Below are positions 49,393-62,385 of a stretch of 64,000 nucleotides of DNA, piece by piece. The DNA comes from an uncultured Eggerthellaceae bacterium. GTDB lineage: Bacteria > Actinomycetota > Coriobacteriia > Coriobacteriales > Eggerthellaceae. The stretch covers positions 10,011 through 74,010 of the forward strand of contig CAKTUD010000002.1 of NCBI GenBank assembly GCA_934617425.1, in the 5' to 3' direction. The notes under the pieces are model-generated. The model made no database searches. It saw only the letters and a list, made by a program, of their open reading frames with translations, and was not told where the DNA came from. Position numbers and translations under genes: made by a program. Within the stretch, counting starts at the first letter, position 1; the number at the start of each line of letters is the position of its first letter.

Positions 49393-50064
49393 ATGACTTT
49401 CGTAGCTGATGGAAACAATGGGCTTGAGGTTGATGGTGCGAAGAAAGCGCCTGCTTTCCTCGACGCGAGGCGCGTGGCCCGTGTGCTTCGTCGCGGAGAA
49501 GCGGCGATATTCCCTACGGATACCGTGGCCGGTGTCGGCGTGTCGATAGGAGCCGCTGCGAGCCCGAAGATCCTTTTCGACCTCAAACGACGGGACGCCG
49601 ATAAGCCTATCGCCTGGTTGGTGGGAAGTTCTGCCGCGCTTGACGTTTACGGCGTGGCGGTTCCGGGCTACGCGCGCCAGATGGCTCTTGCTTGGTGGCC
49701 GGGGCCTCTTACACTCATTGTCCATGCGTCGGCGGCGGTTCCTTCAGCATTTCGCTCCGCCGAGAAAACTATCGGCTTGCGTATGCCTGCTTGTTCGGAG
49801 ACGCTCGATCTTCTTACCAGGGTGGGGTGCCCCATCGCCACTACTTCGGCGAATTTCGCAGGTGCGCCCTCGCCGCGCGGTGTCGCCCAGGTTGACCTTG
49901 CATTTGCGGCGGCCGTGGGCGTTGTGATGCCCGACGGCTCAAAACCCGAAAGCGGCATCGCTTCGACAGTCATCGATTGCACGAGCCCCCGTCCGCGTAT
50001 CCTGCGCGAAGGCGGCATCACCGCCGAAGATGTTGCGCATCTGTTGGAAAACTACGTGCTCTAA
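49393..50064 (+). CDS. tsaC: L-threonylcarbamoyladenylate synthase (TsaC/YwlC/Sua5 family)
   Basis: Contains AAIFPTDTVAGVG, KRRDADKPIAWLV, PGPLTLIV, TTSANFAGAPSP and STVIDCTS. Confidence 0.88.
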   Translation: MTFVADGNNGLEVDGAKKAPAFLDARRVARVLRRGEAAIFPTDTVAGVGVSIGAAASPKILFDLKRRDADKPIAWLVGSSAALDVYGVAVPGYARQMALAWWPGPLTLIVHASAAVPSAFRSAEKTIGLRMPACSETLDLLTRVGCPIATTSANFAGAPSPRGVAQVDLAFAAAVGVVMPDGSKPESGIASTVIDCTSPRPRILREGGITAEDVAHLLENYVL

Positions 50065-50127
50065 TGCTTGATAATATACGGTAAGAGCAGCGCGTGCTCG
50101 AAGCCCTTGTTCCGAAGGAGGTTTCCC

Positions 50128-51165
50128 ATGAGCAACGAAAACGCAACCACCCGTACGCTGGTTGAGGCTCACGAGGCCGAGAGAGCTTCTCTCGGGGCAC
50201 AGCGCATGGCCGAGGTCCTGACAGAGGATTTCTCGTTTCCCTCCGCCGATGGTGAATCCGTTGTTTCGGCGCGCTTATGGTTTTCCGCCGATGCAAAGCC
50301 TGATGCTTCGATTCGCCCGCGCGGCATCATCCATATCGTGCACGGCATGAGCGAATACATCCGTCGCTATGACGATTTCGCGCGTTATCTGGCGGCGCAC
50401 GGCTTTGCGGTGTGCGGCGAGGACATGATAGGTCACGGCTTCACGGCGCCGAGCAAAGAGGGGCTTGGTCATATGCCCGTCGACGGCGGGCGCGATGCCC
50501 TTGTCGCCGACATGCATTCCCTGAGGCAGATCGTTTCTGCGCGTTACGACGCCAAAACGCCTTACTTGATGTTCGGCCATTCGATGGGCAGCTTCATCAC
50601 GCGCGCTTACATAGCAGAGCATGGCCGGGATCTTTCCGGGGTTGTGCTGTGTGGCACGGGAACACCCGCTCCCGCTGCTTCGTGGGCGGGAAATTTTCTT
50701 TCGCGCCAGACGGCGAAATGGCGCGGTGCCACGTATCGCAGCTCGTTTATCGATGGTCTCGCCGCTGGTGGATACGGCAAGCGCATCGCTCATGCTCGAA
50801 CCCCGCTCGATTGGCTTTCCGCCGATCCTGGCAACGTAGACGCTTATCTTGCCGACGAGTACTGTGGTGCCATGTTCTCGGTTGGCGCTTACGCGACGCT
50901 TACTGACCTCACGCGCTGGGTCGTTTCGCGTGAATGCGCCTGTCGCGTGCCGCGTGATTTGCCGGTATTTTTCATCGCCGGCGACGGCGACCCGGTGGGC
51001 GACAACGGCCGTGGTGTTCATGCGGCGGCGAAGCTCTTCCGCGATGCGGGCGTTGCCCACGTCGATGTGAAGATTTATCCCGGGATGCGCCACGAGATCC
51101 TTAACGAAGCAGATCATCTGCTGGTATATTCCGACGTCCTCAAATGGCTGGAGGCTTGCTTGTGA
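50128..51165 (+). CDS. Alpha/beta hydrolase (lysophospholipase/monoacylglycerol-lipase-like)
   Basis: Contains HGMSEYIRRYDDFARYLAAHGFAV and the nucleophile elbow GHSMGS. The ATG at 50128 is preceded by GAAGGAGG. Confidence 0.82.
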   Translation: MSNENATTRTLVEAHEAERASLGAQRMAEVLTEDFSFPSADGESVVSARLWFSADAKPDASIRPRGIIHIVHGMSEYIRRYDDFARYLAAHGFAVCGEDMIGHGFTAPSKEGLGHMPVDGGRDALVADMHSLRQIVSARYDAKTPYLMFGHSMGSFITRAYIAEHGRDLSGVVLCGTGTPAPAASWAGNFLSRQTAKWRGATYRSSFIDGLAAGGYGKRIAHARTPLDWLSADPGNVDAYLADEYCGAMFSVGAYATLTDLTRWVVSRECACRVPRDLPVFFIAGDGDPVGDNGRGVHAAAKLFRDAGVAHVDVKIYPGMRHEILNEADHLLVYSDVLKWLEACL

Positions 51166-52658
51166 AAAGAAGGTTCGTCGTCGCCCTCGATGAGGGGACG
51201 ACTTCGGCTCGTGCAGTGCTCATCGATGCATCGGGCAGGATAGTCGGCTTGGTGCAGCATCCTTTTCCCCAGTATTACCCGCGTCCGGGGTGGGTCGAGC
51301 ATAATCCGCGCGAGGTGCTTTCGGCCCAGCTCGGCGCGTTGACCGAGCTGCTCATCACCTACAACCTAGAAGCGTCGGACATTGACAGCATCGGCATAAC
51401 GAACCAGCGCGAGACCACCGTTGCGTGGGACAGGGAAACCGGCGAACCTGTTTGCAACGCTATCGTGTGGCAGTGCCGCCGAACGGCCCCTATCATCGAG
51501 GCGCTTTGCGCCGACAAACAAGTTGCGATCCGAATAACCGAGAAGACGGGGCTCGTGCCCGACCCGTATTTCTCGGCGAGCAAGCTGAAGTGGATCCTCG
51601 ACAACGTGGAAGGTGCAAGAGACCTTGCCGAACAGGGGAGGCTTGCTTTCGGCACTATGGATTCGTGGCTTATTTGGACGCTTACCGGCGGTCGTGTGCA
51701 TGCAACCGATGTGACCAATGCAAGTCGCACCATGCTTTTCGATATCCACGAGATGCGTTGGGATTCGTGGTTGTGCGATTTGTTCGGCATTCCCGCAAGC
51801 GTGCTCCCCGAGGTGCGTCCTTCTTCGGCCGATTTCGGGAGAACGGCTCATTCCGGCATCATATCGGGTGTTCCCATCTGCGGGGTTGCTGGCGACCAGC
51901 AGTCGGCGCTTTTCGGGCAGTGTTGTTTTTCAGCGGGTCAGGCAAAGAGCACTTATGGCACGGGCTGCTTTTTGCTGATGCATACGGGCTTTTCGGCTCC
52001 CGCCTCGACAAACGGTCTTATCACCACCGTTGCGGCAAGCGCTCCCGACGTTCGTCAAACCGAGTATGCGCTTGAGGGTAGCGTTTTCATGGGCGGTGCT
52101 GTTTTGCAATGGATGCGCGACGAGTTGGGGCTTATCTCATCGAGCGCCGAGTCTGAGGGCGTCGCGATGTCGGTTGAGGACACCCAGGGCGTCTATCTGG
52201 TTCCTGCATTCACGGGTTTGGGCGCGCCTTATTGGGATGCTGATGCGCGTGGGGCGCTTTTCGGCCTCACGCGTGGGGCGAATCGCGCCCATATAGTACG
52301 TGCGGGTTTAGAATCGATTGCCTATCAGATATACGACCTGGTGGAGGCGGTGAAGGCCGACGCCGGCGTGCCTCTTTCCGTTCTTAACGTCGATGGCGGG
52401 GCTGCTGAGAACGCGTTTCTCATGCAGTTTCAAAGCGACATGCTGAAAACCGTTTTGCGCAAACCCGGAAATTCCGAGACGACTGCGCTTGGCGCGGCGT
52501 ACCTCGCGGGGCTCTACACCGGTTTTTGGCGTTCGACTGAGCAGCTTTCCTCCTTGCGCATAGGCGACGTTGTCTATAAGCCTCGTATCGACGACGATCG
52601 TCGCGCCCGCTTGATCGCCGGTTGGCACGACGCGGTTTCTCGTACGCGCAGCAATTGA
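51162..52658 (+). CDS. glpK: Glycerol kinase
   Basis: Contains VVALDEGTTSARAV, GITNQRETTVAWD and GCFLLMHTG. The GTG start overlaps the upstream stop (GTGA). Confidence 0.95.
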   Translation: MKRRFVVALDEGTTSARAVLIDASGRIVGLVQHPFPQYYPRPGWVEHNPREVLSAQLGALTELLITYNLEASDIDSIGITNQRETTVAWDRETGEPVCNAIVWQCRRTAPIIEALCADKQVAIRITEKTGLVPDPYFSASKLKWILDNVEGARDLAEQGRLAFGTMDSWLIWTLTGGRVHATDVTNASRTMLFDIHEMRWDSWLCDLFGIPASVLPEVRPSSADFGRTAHSGIISGVPICGVAGDQQSALFGQCCFSAGQAKSTYGTGCFLLMHTGFSAPASTNGLITTVAASAPDVRQTEYALEGSVFMGGAVLQWMRDELGLISSSAESEGVAMSVEDTQGVYLVPAFTGLGAPYWDADARGALFGLTRGANRAHIVRAGLESIAYQIYDLVEAVKADAGVPLSVLNVDGGAAENAFLMQFQSDMLKTVLRKPGNSETTALGAAYLAGLYTGFWRSTEQLSSLRIGDVVYKPRIDDDRRARLIAGWHDAVSRTRSN

Positions 52659-52722
52659 TGTTTTTCCAACACGCAAAGCACGAATCGCGCCGATAGAGTA
52701 TTCTATGAACGTTAACGAAATG

Positions 52723-52775
52723 GTTGCCGATGCGAGCTTTAACCAAGCTATGCATCGGCAACGTGCCTGTTTTGC
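52723..52775 (+). terminator. Hairpin plus T-run between glpK and rpiB (terminator or attenuator)
   Basis: 11-bp perfect stem GTTGCCGATGC/GCATCGGCAAC with an 18-nt loop, followed by GTGCCTGTTTTGC. Confidence 0.5.
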
Positions 52776-52787
52776 AGAGGAGACTCC

Positions 52788-53228
52788 ATGAAGGTAAGCA
52801 TCGCAAGCGATCACGCCGGCTTCGATGAGAAGCAGCTGCTTGTCCCGTTCCTGAAAGAGCAAGGCTACGAGGTTATCGACCGCGGTCCCGAATCAGCCGA
52901 CCGCGTAGATTATCCCGATTATGCCGAGCTTGTCGCGCGCGATATCGAATCCGGCGAGGCTGAGCGCGGCATCCTCATCTGCGGCACCGGCATCGGTATG
53001 TCCCTTGCTGCCAACAAGTGCGAAGGGATTCGCGCGGCGAATGTCACCATGCCTGAACTCGCAGCGCTTTCCCGCCAGCATAACGACGCCAACGTCATTT
53101 GCATTTCCGGCCGCTTTGTAAGCGACGAGGACAATCGCGCCATCGTCAAGGCATTCCTCGAGACCGAGTTCGAGGGCGGCCGTCACGAACGTCGCGTCGA
53201 GAAAATCATGGCGCTCGAAAACGAGTAG
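52788..53228 (+). CDS. rpiB: Ribose-5-phosphate isomerase B
   Basis: Contains [28 protein letters not shown] and [13 protein letters not shown]. Confidence 0.94.
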   Translation: MKVSIASDHAGFDEKQLLVPFLKEQGYEVIDRGPESADRVDYPDYAELVARDIESGEAERGILICGTGIGMSLAANKCEGIRAANVTMPELAALSRQHNDANVICISGRFVSDEDNRAIVKAFLETEFEGGRHERRVEKIMALENE

Positions 53229-53305
53229 CTAGCAACCAAGGTTTCACTAGTTGGGTGCGCGGAGTGGATTCGCGCGTCCGTGGGTATAGCGAAGGAGCTA
53301 TTCAT

Positions 53306-54559
53306 ATGACTTTGCAATATGTTGCAACAGCCGATCCGGAAGTTGCTGAGGCTTTGCGCGAGGAACTTTCGCGCCAGCGCAGCACCATCGAGCTCATTGC
53401 TTCCGAGAATATCGTTTCCCCGGCCGTTATGGAGGCCATGGGCAGCGTCCTCACCAACAAATATGCCGAGGGCTATCCCGGAAAGCGCTATTACGGCGGT
53501 TGCGAGAAGGTCGACATCGTCGAGAACCTTGCTATCGAGCGCGCGAAAGAGCTTTTCGGCGCTAAGTTTGCCAACGTTCAGCCGCATTCGGGCGCTCAGG
53601 CGAACTATGCCGCATACGCCGCGCTCATCAAGCCAGGCGACACCATCTTGGGCATGAGCCTCGACAACGGCGGTCATCTTACCCATGGTTCGCCTGCCAA
53701 CTTCTCTGGCAAGCTCTACAATGTCGTTTCCTACGGCTTGGGCGATGACGAGCGCATCGACTACGCCGACATCGAGGCTAAAACCAAAGAGCACCAACCT
53801 AAGCTCATCATGGCGGGTGCTTCCGCGTATCCGCGCGTCATCGATTTCGAGCGCATCGCGAAGATCGCTCATGACAACGGCGCCTTCTTCGTGGTCGATA
53901 TGGCCCATATCGCCGGTCTTGTTGCCACGGGTGCTCATCCAAGTCCTGTTCCTTATGCCGATGTCGTCACCACGACTACCCATAAGACCTTGCGCGGCCC
54001 GCGTGGCGGCTTGATCCTTTGCAACGACGAGGCCATTGCCAAAAAGATCAACTCGGCGGTGTTTCCGGGCACTCAGGGCGGTCCGCTCATGCACGTCATC
54101 GCCGGCAAGGCCGTTGCTTTCGGCGAGGCTTTGAAGCCCGAGTTCAAGACATATATCGACAACGTGGTCAAAAACTGCACTGCTATGGGTGCAGGCATGA
54201 TCGAGGGCGGTTTGCGTCTGGTCACTGGCGGCACTGATAACCATCTGTGCTTGGTCGACCTTACGCCCGCCGACATCACTGGCAAAGACGCCGAGAAGCT
54301 TCTGGAGAGCGTCGGCCTTACCGTCAACAAGAACACGATTCCCAACGAGCAGCGCTCGCCGTTCGTCACCAGCGGCATTCGCGTCGGCTCCGCTGCCGGC
54401 ACTACGCGTGGTCTTACTGAGGACGAATTCCATACGGTTGGCCAGTGCATCGCCAAGACGGTGTTTTCCGTGGGCGACGAGGCCAAGCTCGCCGAGGTCA
54501 AGGAAACGGTGCAGGGCATCATCGACGCGCATCCGCTTTATCCCGAGTTCGATTACTAA
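53306..54559 (+). CDS. glyA: Serine hydroxymethyltransferase
   Basis: Contains [21 protein letters not shown] and [14 protein letters not shown] (PLP lysine). The ATG at 53306 is preceded by GAAGGAG. Confidence 0.96.
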   Translation: MTLQYVATADPEVAEALREELSRQRSTIELIASENIVSPAVMEAMGSVLTNKYAEGYPGKRYYGGCEKVDIVENLAIERAKELFGAKFANVQPHSGAQANYAAYAALIKPGDTILGMSLDNGGHLTHGSPANFSGKLYNVVSYGLGDDERIDYADIEAKTKEHQPKLIMAGASAYPRVIDFERIAKIAHDNGAFFVVDMAHIAGLVATGAHPSPVPYADVVTTTTHKTLRGPRGGLILCNDEAIAKKINSAVFPGTQGGPLMHVIAGKAVAFGEALKPEFKTYIDNVVKNCTAMGAGMIEGGLRLVTGGTDNHLCLVDLTPADITGKDAEKLLESVGLTVNKNTIPNEQRSPFVTSGIRVGSAAGTTRGLTEDEFHTVGQCIAKTVFSVGDEAKLAEVKETVQGIIDAHPLYPEFDY

Positions 54560-54604
54560 GGCGAGGCGGAAGGGTATCGTTTCGAGCCGATTTGCGAGGG
54601 AATC

Positions 54605-55075
54605 GTGGCGGAGATAGTGGACAAGCGTCCGTCGTGGGACGAGTATTTCATGACGTTGGCTGACGAGGTGTGCACGCGAACGACATGTGCACGCCGCGCA
54701 GTCGGCGCCATCATCGTCAAAGATCACCGTATTTTGTGCACGGGATACAATGGCGTCCCTACAGGCATGCATCATTGCGCTGAGGTGGGGTGCCTGCGCG
54801 AGCAGCTAGGTGTGCCTTCAGGACAGCGGCAGGAGATATGCCGCGGTTTGCATGCCGAGCAAAATGCCATCATCCAGGCGGCGCGCTACGGCATCGACAT
54901 TCGCGGTGCTTCCATATACATAACCACGCAGCCGTGCGTTACCTGTGCAAAGATGCTCATAAACGCAGGCATCGTCGAAATCGTGTTCAAGGATCCCTAT
55001 CCCGACGAGCTGTCGATGTCCATGCTTGACGAAGCCGGTGTCAAATACCGCGTTTTTCGACCAGAGAACGCCTGA
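54605..55075 (+). CDS. Deoxycytidylate (dCMP) deaminase
   Basis: Contains HAEQNAI and [13 protein letters not shown] (zinc ligands). The start codon is GTG. Confidence 0.9.
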   Translation: MAEIVDKRPSWDEYFMTLADEVCTRTTCARRAVGAIIVKDHRILCTGYNGVPTGMHHCAEVGCLREQLGVPSGQRQEICRGLHAEQNAIIQAARYGIDIRGASIYITTQPCVTCAKMLINAGIVEIVFKDPYPDELSMSMLDEAGVKYRVFRPENA

Positions 55076-55211
55076 GGGGCTCGAATCGTTTACCGCTCGT
55101 GAAGAAATAGATTGCTTTTGCCCCATGCTCGTTACTTGCATGTAATTTTTCGTTATCATACGAAAGGCTTGTCATGCTATCGATGTATGCCGACGAAGAG
55201 AGAGCGGAATT

Positions 55212-55493
55212 GTGGTTTTAGCAGTTGTCATCGGCCTGGTTGTGGGCTTCCTGGGCTTCACGCCTTTGGTTTTCGGCCGCAACCTTGCTCGCAAGGCCAC
55301 TGCAACGAGCAATCTCGGCGAGGCTGGCGCACTGCTTTTGGGCGTGTTCGCCTCTTTTGCCATCTTGCTCGTTCCCGCAGTCGTGTGCATTTTCGTCGCT
55401 CGCGACATGACGGCGCCTATGGTCTTGGCCGAGGCTGGCGCACTTGCCGTTGCGGCAATCGTATACGGCGTAGTCAGGCTCGTTAAAAGGTAA
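55212..55493 (+). CDS. Small hydrophobic protein upstream of atpB (AtpI/AtpZ-like candidate)
   Basis: 93 aa with three hydrophobic segments, in the position typical for atpI. It has a GTG start and only a weak SD. Confidence 0.4.
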   Translation: MVLAVVIGLVVGFLGFTPLVFGRNLARKATATSNLGEAGALLLGVFASFAILLVPAVVCIFVARDMTAPMVLAEAGALAVAAIVYGVVRLVKR

Positions 55494-55509
55494 GTGGAAG
55501 GATTGATTC

Positions 55510-56307
55510 GTGGAAACTGCTTTGGAAATGGTGAACGACCTCGTTCCCGAGCTGCAGCAATCGCTGATGAACCCCGATTGGGTGTTCGAGTTCGGCGATA
55601 CGGGTATTGGGCTTACGCAGTACATCTTCTGGATGCTCATCTTGTTCGCCCTCACCTTGATCGTCGTGCTGACGGCCTCCAAAAAGCTCTCCATTGTTCC
55701 GAATGGCAAGTTCGTGAACATGGTCGAGTACGGCTATCAGTTCGTTCGCAAGGATATGGGCGAAAGCGTTATCGGGCATGGTTATAAAAAGCACATCCCA
55801 TTTTTGGCCACGCTGTTCTTCTTCATCCTGTTGTCGAACTTCGTGGGCTTGATTCCGGGCTGCAAGACCCCGACGGGCACCATCAGCGTTACGTGGTGCT
55901 TGGCCCTTATTTCGTTCGTCTACTTCAACTACTGGGGCATCAAAGCTCATGGCGGTTGGGGCTACATCAAGAGCATTGCTCCGTCTGGCCTGCCTAAGCC
56001 CATGGTTCCGGTAATCTGGTTCTTCGAGTTCATCTCGCTTCTGCTTCGCGCCCTTACCCTGGCCGTTCGTCTTTACGGCAACATGTTCGCCGGCCATATG
56101 GCGCTGGGCATCTTCTCTATCCTTGCCTATTCGTTCTTCTGGCAGTGCATTCAGGGTGCAGGCGCCATGCTCGGCGGCGTTTCCGTCGTCTGGATTTTGT
56201 TCCTGGTGTTCATGTACTGCTTGGAAACCCTGGTCGCATTCATCCAGGCTTACGTATTCACCATCTTGTCGGCTTCCTATATCTCGCTGGCAACGAGCGA
56301 GCACTAG
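55510..56307 (+). CDS. atpB: F0F1 ATP synthase subunit a
   Basis: Contains LTLAVRLYGNMFAGH (the essential Arg region) and is polytopic. Confidence 0.95.
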   Translation: METALEMVNDLVPELQQSLMNPDWVFEFGDTGIGLTQYIFWMLILFALTLIVVLTASKKLSIVPNGKFVNMVEYGYQFVRKDMGESVIGHGYKKHIPFLATLFFFILLSNFVGLIPGCKTPTGTISVTWCLALISFVYFNYWGIKAHGGWGYIKSIAPSGLPKPMVPVIWFFEFISLLLRALTLAVRLYGNMFAGHMALGIFSILAYSFFWQCIQGAGAMLGGVSVVWILFLVFMYCLETLVAFIQAYVFTILSASYISLATSEH

Positions 56308-56417
56308 TCTCGCTACGATCATTCCGGTGAAAGTCCGGAGCAACATTGGTTTATACGGCTTTTCCACGGCCGTTTGAACATAGTAAAACCGGTGTCTTCA
56401 ATCGAGCGATCGTTTGA

Positions 56418-56657
<240 letters not shown>

Positions 56658-56710
56658 CCCTAGGTCGCACGCATTCTATACATGCATCAAGGCCTGAAGG
56701 AGGTTACACA

Positions 56711-57325
56711 GTGAAAGTAAAAGCGAACAAGGCAACTGCTTGGTTGACCGCTGCTGGTGCATCTGCTGCCAGCATGGCGTTTGCTTTCCCCGTGTCCGCG
56801 TTTGCTGCAGAGGCGAAAACCGGTATCGCAGTGATCCTGCCTGATCCGGTCGAGTTCGTGCCGATGCTCATCGCGTTCCTCATTCTCGCAATCGTTCTCG
56901 GCAAGTTCGGCTGGCCCAAGTTCGAGGGTATGCTCGAAAAGCGCGAGAAGACGATTGCCGATGCACTTGAGCAGTCCGAGAAGGCCCGTCAGGAAAGCGA
57001 GCGCGTACTCGAAGAGTACAAGCAGCAGTTGGCGGACGCCAAGTCTCAGGCGGCTCAGATCATTGCCGAGGCAAAGCAAACCGGCGAGGCTACTCGCGCC
57101 GAAATCACCAAGCAGGCGCAAGATGAGTCCGCTGCCATGATCGAAAAGGCACGCGGCGCCATCGAGTCCGAGAAGAATGCCGCTTTGGCAGAGCTTCAGG
57201 GTTCGATTGCCGACATCTCGACGCAGGTCTGCGCTCGCCTCATTGGCGAGGATCTGACCACCGAAGAGCATCGCCGTGTCATCGAGCGCTATGTGAACGA
57301 GGCAGGTAGTTTCCATGCCGAATAA
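56711..57325 (+). CDS. atpF: F0F1 ATP synthase subunit b
   Basis: A TM helix is followed by a long charged coiled coil (MLEKREKTIADALEQSEKARQESE...). The N-terminus carries an extra hydrophobic, signal-like ~35-aa segment. Confidence 0.9.
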   Translation: MKVKANKATAWLTAAGASAASMAFAFPVSAFAAEAKTGIAVILPDPVEFVPMLIAFLILAIVLGKFGWPKFEGMLEKREKTIADALEQSEKARQESERVLEEYKQQLADAKSQAAQIIAEAKQTGEATRAEITKQAQDESAAMIEKARGAIESEKNAALAELQGSIADISTQVCARLIGEDLTTEEHRRVIERYVNEAGSFHAE

Positions 57326-57875
57326 TCGCCTTATCGTAAAAGAGCAAATCGCCACGTATGCAAACGTTTTGTTCGACTCCGCACAGAAGCTTGGCGGCGA
57401 TTCCGCTGTGCTGGAAGTGCGCGAGCAGCTTAAGCAGGCGCTTTATGCAACGCGCGAAAGCGCGAATTTGCGCGACGCGTTGAAGGATCCTGCTTATACG
57501 CCCGAGCAGCGCGCGCAAATCGCTCGTGGCATGTTCGGGGAATGCAATGAGGCTTTGGTCGAGGTCGTCGCCGTTATGGCGAGCCGCGCCGAAATCGATT
57601 TGCTGTCTCGCGTAGCGGATGCTTACGAAGGGCTTTTGGCAGAAAGATCCAACCTGCGCGTTGTGGAAGTTACCACGGCTGTTGAGCTGGACGACCACCT
57701 GCGCGAGGTAATTAAAAGCAAAGCCGAAAAGGAATTGGGCTGCAAGGTGTTCTTGGAAGAGAGCATCGACAGGTCGATTCTTGGCGGCATCATCATGAGC
57801 GCTGGCGGGCAGCGCATCGACGCGAGCATGCTTACTCAAATCGAGAACGCCCGCACGCTGCTCAAGCAAAAGTAG
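57315..57875 (+). CDS. atpH: F0F1 ATP synthase subunit delta (OSCP)
   Basis: Assigned from position, size and the C-terminal motif ILGGIIMSAGGQRIDAS. Confidence 0.9.
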   Translation: MPNNRLIVKEQIATYANVLFDSAQKLGGDSAVLEVREQLKQALYATRESANLRDALKDPAYTPEQRAQIARGMFGECNEALVEVVAVMASRAEIDLLSRVADAYEGLLAERSNLRVVEVTTAVELDDHLREVIKSKAEKELGCKVFLEESIDRSILGGIIMSAGGQRIDASMLTQIENARTLLKQK

Positions 57876-57888
57876 AAGACGGAGGTGA

Positions 57889-59460
57889 ATGTTAGTGACT
57901 GAAATCACCGCACAGTCCATCGACGAGCTGCTTCGCAAGCAGCTGGAGTCCTTGGAGGTTGGCGTTGATTCCCGCGAAGCCGGAACTGTTATCCAGGTTG
58001 GCGACGGTATTGCCCGCGTAGACGGACTTAAGAACGCCATGGCTGGCGAGCTTCTCGAGTTCATCGGCGAGGGCGGCAAGACCGTTTACGGCCTTGCGCA
58101 GAACCTCGAAGAGGACGAGATCGGCGCCGTGCTTCTTGGCGACGTCACCGCAATCAAGGAAAACGACCAGGTTCGTACGACCGGTCGTATCATGGAGGTT
58201 CCGTCGGGCAAAGGCCTTCTGGGCCGCGTTGTAAACCCCCTCGGTGTGCCTATCGACGGCAAGGGTCCTATCGAAGCTGAAGGTACCCGCCCTGTCGAGT
58301 TCAAGGCTCCGGGCGTTATCACGCGTACCCCGGTTAACGAGCCTATGCAGACGGGCATCTTGGCAATCGACTCGATGATTCCGGTTGGTCGCGGCCAGCG
58401 CGAGCTCATCATCGGCGACCGCCAGACCGGCAAGACCGCTATCGCGATCGACGCCATCATTAACCAAAAGGGTCAGGATATGATCTGCATCTACGTTGCA
58501 ATCGGCCAGAAGGCATCCACGGTTGCAAACGTTGCAGAGACTCTCGAGAAGCACGGCGCGATGGATTACACCATCATCGTTTCCGCTACTGCTTCCGATT
58601 CTGCTCCTTTGCAGTACATCGCGCCTATGGCCGGTGCCGCAATGGGCGAGTACTTCGTCTACACCGGCGAAGATGGCAAGCCCGCAGGCCCCGAGAACCA
58701 TGGTCGCCATGTTCTGATCATCTACGATGACCTGTCCAAGCAGGCTGTCGCTTACCGTCAGATGTCGCTTACCCTGCGTCGTCCGCCGGGACGCGAAGCT
58801 TATCCTGGCGACATCTTCTATCTGCATTCGCGCCTTTTGGAGCGTGCTGTGAAGATGAACGAAGAGTATGGCTTGGGTTCCATGACCGCTCTGCCTATCA
58901 TCGAGACGCAGGCTGGCGATGTTTCTGCCTACATCCCGACGAACGTCATCTCCATCACCGATGGCCAGATCTTCCTGTCCACCGACTTGTTCTTCCAGGG
59001 TCAGCGTCCTGCCGTCAACGTAGGCATTTCTGTGTCGCGCGTCGGTGGTTCTGCTCAGACCAAGGCTGTTAAGTCGGTTTCGGGCACTCTGCGTCTCGAC
59101 CTGGCCGCTTATCGCGAGCTTCAGTCGTTTACGCAGTTTGGTTCCGACCTGGACAAGGCTACGCAGGATCAGCTGAATCGCGGCGCTCACATGACCGAGC
59201 TTCTGAAGCAGGGTCGTTACGTGCCTATGACGTTCATGGACGAGGCTATCGCTGTTTACGCCGGCGGCAATGGTTACCTTGACGACATCCCGGTTGCAGA
59301 CACCGTTCGCTTCCGCGATGAGCTCCGTCAGTACATCAGCGCCAACAAGCCTGAGATCGTTGAGAGCTTGAAGAACGAGAAGAAATTCACCGATGAAACC
59401 AAGGCCAGCCTTAACGCAGCTATCGAGGCGTTCAAGGGTCAGTTCGCGGCATCGGTGTAA
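57889..59460 (+). CDS. atpA: F0F1 ATP synthase subunit alpha
   Basis: Contains [13 protein letters not shown] (Walker A), [11 protein letters not shown] and [21 protein letters not shown]. Confidence 0.98.
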   Translation: MLVTEITAQSIDELLRKQLESLEVGVDSREAGTVIQVGDGIARVDGLKNAMAGELLEFIGEGGKTVYGLAQNLEEDEIGAVLLGDVTAIKENDQVRTTGRIMEVPSGKGLLGRVVNPLGVPIDGKGPIEAEGTRPVEFKAPGVITRTPVNEPMQTGILAIDSMIPVGRGQRELIIGDRQTGKTAIAIDAIINQKGQDMICIYVAIGQKASTVANVAETLEKHGAMDYTIIVSATASDSAPLQYIAPMAGAAMGEYFVYTGEDGKPAGPENHGRHVLIIYDDLSKQAVAYRQMSLTLRRPPGREAYPGDIFYLHSRLLERAVKMNEEYGLGSMTALPIIETQAGDVSAYIPTNVISITDGQIFLSTDLFFQGQRPAVNVGISVSRVGGSAQTKAVKSVSGTLRLDLAAYRELQSFTQFGSDLDKATQDQLNRGAHMTELLKQGRYVPMTFMDEAIAVYAGGNGYLDDIPVADTVRFRDELRQYISANKPEIVESLKNEKKFTDETKASLNAAIEAFKGQFAASV

Positions 59461-59472
59461 GGTAGGTAAAAC

Positions 59473-60402
59473 ATGCCTAACCTTCACGACATAGAAAGAC
59501 GCATCAACTCCGTCACGTCGACGAAGCAGATCACGCGTACCATGGAGATGGTTGCTGCGGCTAAGATCAGCCGTGCTTCCGCTCGCGTTGCGAGCTCTCT
59601 TCCGTGGTCGACCTCGCTGATGAACGCGATGCAGAGCACCGCTCTGTATGCTGTCACCGACGCGGTGCCCCTGCTTTCGAAGCGCGATGAGGTGAAGCGT
59701 AGCGTTATCCTGGTTGTCACATCCGACCGTGGCCTTGCGGGCGGTTTCAACAGCAATGTGCTGCGCGAAGCCGACAAGGTCATCAAGGAGAAGGAGCGGC
59801 AGGGCATCGAGGTAGAGCTTATCTCGTGCGGCAAGAAGGGCTGCGGTTACTTCCAGTATCAGGGATTGAAACCCGTGCTGGAGTTCCGCGACCTTTCTGC
59901 GGATCCGACTTACGACGAGGCTGCTCGCATCGCCTCGTATGTGAGCGAGGCTTACGTTGAGGGTGAAATCGACGAGGTCGTCATGGTGTTCAACCATGCG
60001 AAGAACAGCGCCGAGCAGACGCTGATCACGGAAAGCCTCCTGCCGATTCCCGAGCAGCGCCTCGATGAGATCTTGGGTCTTAAGTGGAAAGAAGAAGACG
60101 CGTATTTCCATTTCCGCGAGCATATCGACGACCACTATGAAGGCGATGTCGATATCGAGCCGAGCCCCGAGCGTACGCTTGACAGCTTGATGAAAGCGTA
60201 CCTGCAAAGCACCGTCTATTTTGCGTTGATCGATTCTGCAGCCGGCGAGCAGGGTGCACGTCGTACCGCAATGAAGGCCGCAACCGATAACGCCACTGAA
60301 ATGGTCAAAACTTTGACCACGATTTACAACCGTGAACGTCAAGGCGCCATCACGACCGAGATTACTGAGATCGTCGGTGGCGCAGCGGCTTTGGAGGATT
60401 AA
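59473..60402 (+). CDS. atpG: F0F1 ATP synthase subunit gamma
   Basis: Contains I.S.TSTKQITRTMEMVAAAK at the N-terminus and ITTEITEIVGGAAAL at the C-terminus. Confidence 0.96.
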   Translation: MPNLHDIERRINSVTSTKQITRTMEMVAAAKISRASARVASSLPWSTSLMNAMQSTALYAVTDAVPLLSKRDEVKRSVILVVTSDRGLAGGFNSNVLREADKVIKEKERQGIEVELISCGKKGCGYFQYQGLKPVLEFRDLSADPTYDEAARIASYVSEAYVEGEIDEVVMVFNHAKNSAEQTLITESLLPIPEQRLDEILGLKWKEEDAYFHFREHIDDHYEGDVDIEPSPERTLDSLMKAYLQSTVYFALIDSAAGEQGARRTAMKAATDNATEMVKTLTTIYNRERQGAITTEITEIVGGAAALED

Positions 60403-62317
<1,915 letters not shown>

Positions 62318-62341
62318 AGCCTTCACGGGATACCGTAATTC

Positions 62342-62374
62342 AAAAGGGGATGCAGTTTTACTGCATCCCCTTTT
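62342..62374. terminator. Bidirectional rho-independent terminator (atp operon / LRR gene)
   Basis: AAAAGGGGATGCAG, loop TTTTA, CTGCATCCCCTTTT. Confidence 0.9.
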
Positions 62375-62385
62375 GTGTTCGTGGA

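Noticed and set aside
53229-53305. Riboswitch or T-box upstream of glyA
   Set aside because: The spacer is only 77 nt, which is too short for a T-box. I saw no ZTP/pfl or glycine riboswitch core.
57892-60342. Very long antisense ORFs opposite well-supported genes: 57892-60342, 53183-54775, 47214-49079, 35871-37232, 5714-7204, 7675-8850, 1401-2786, 22554-23591 and 26702-27691.
   Set aside because: Each lies fully opposite a gene with unmistakable family motifs (atpA/atpG, glyA, secDF, the permeases and others). Their translations are Arg/His/Gly/Asp-rich low-complexity strings typical of open antisense frames in GC-rich DNA, and they lack SD sites.
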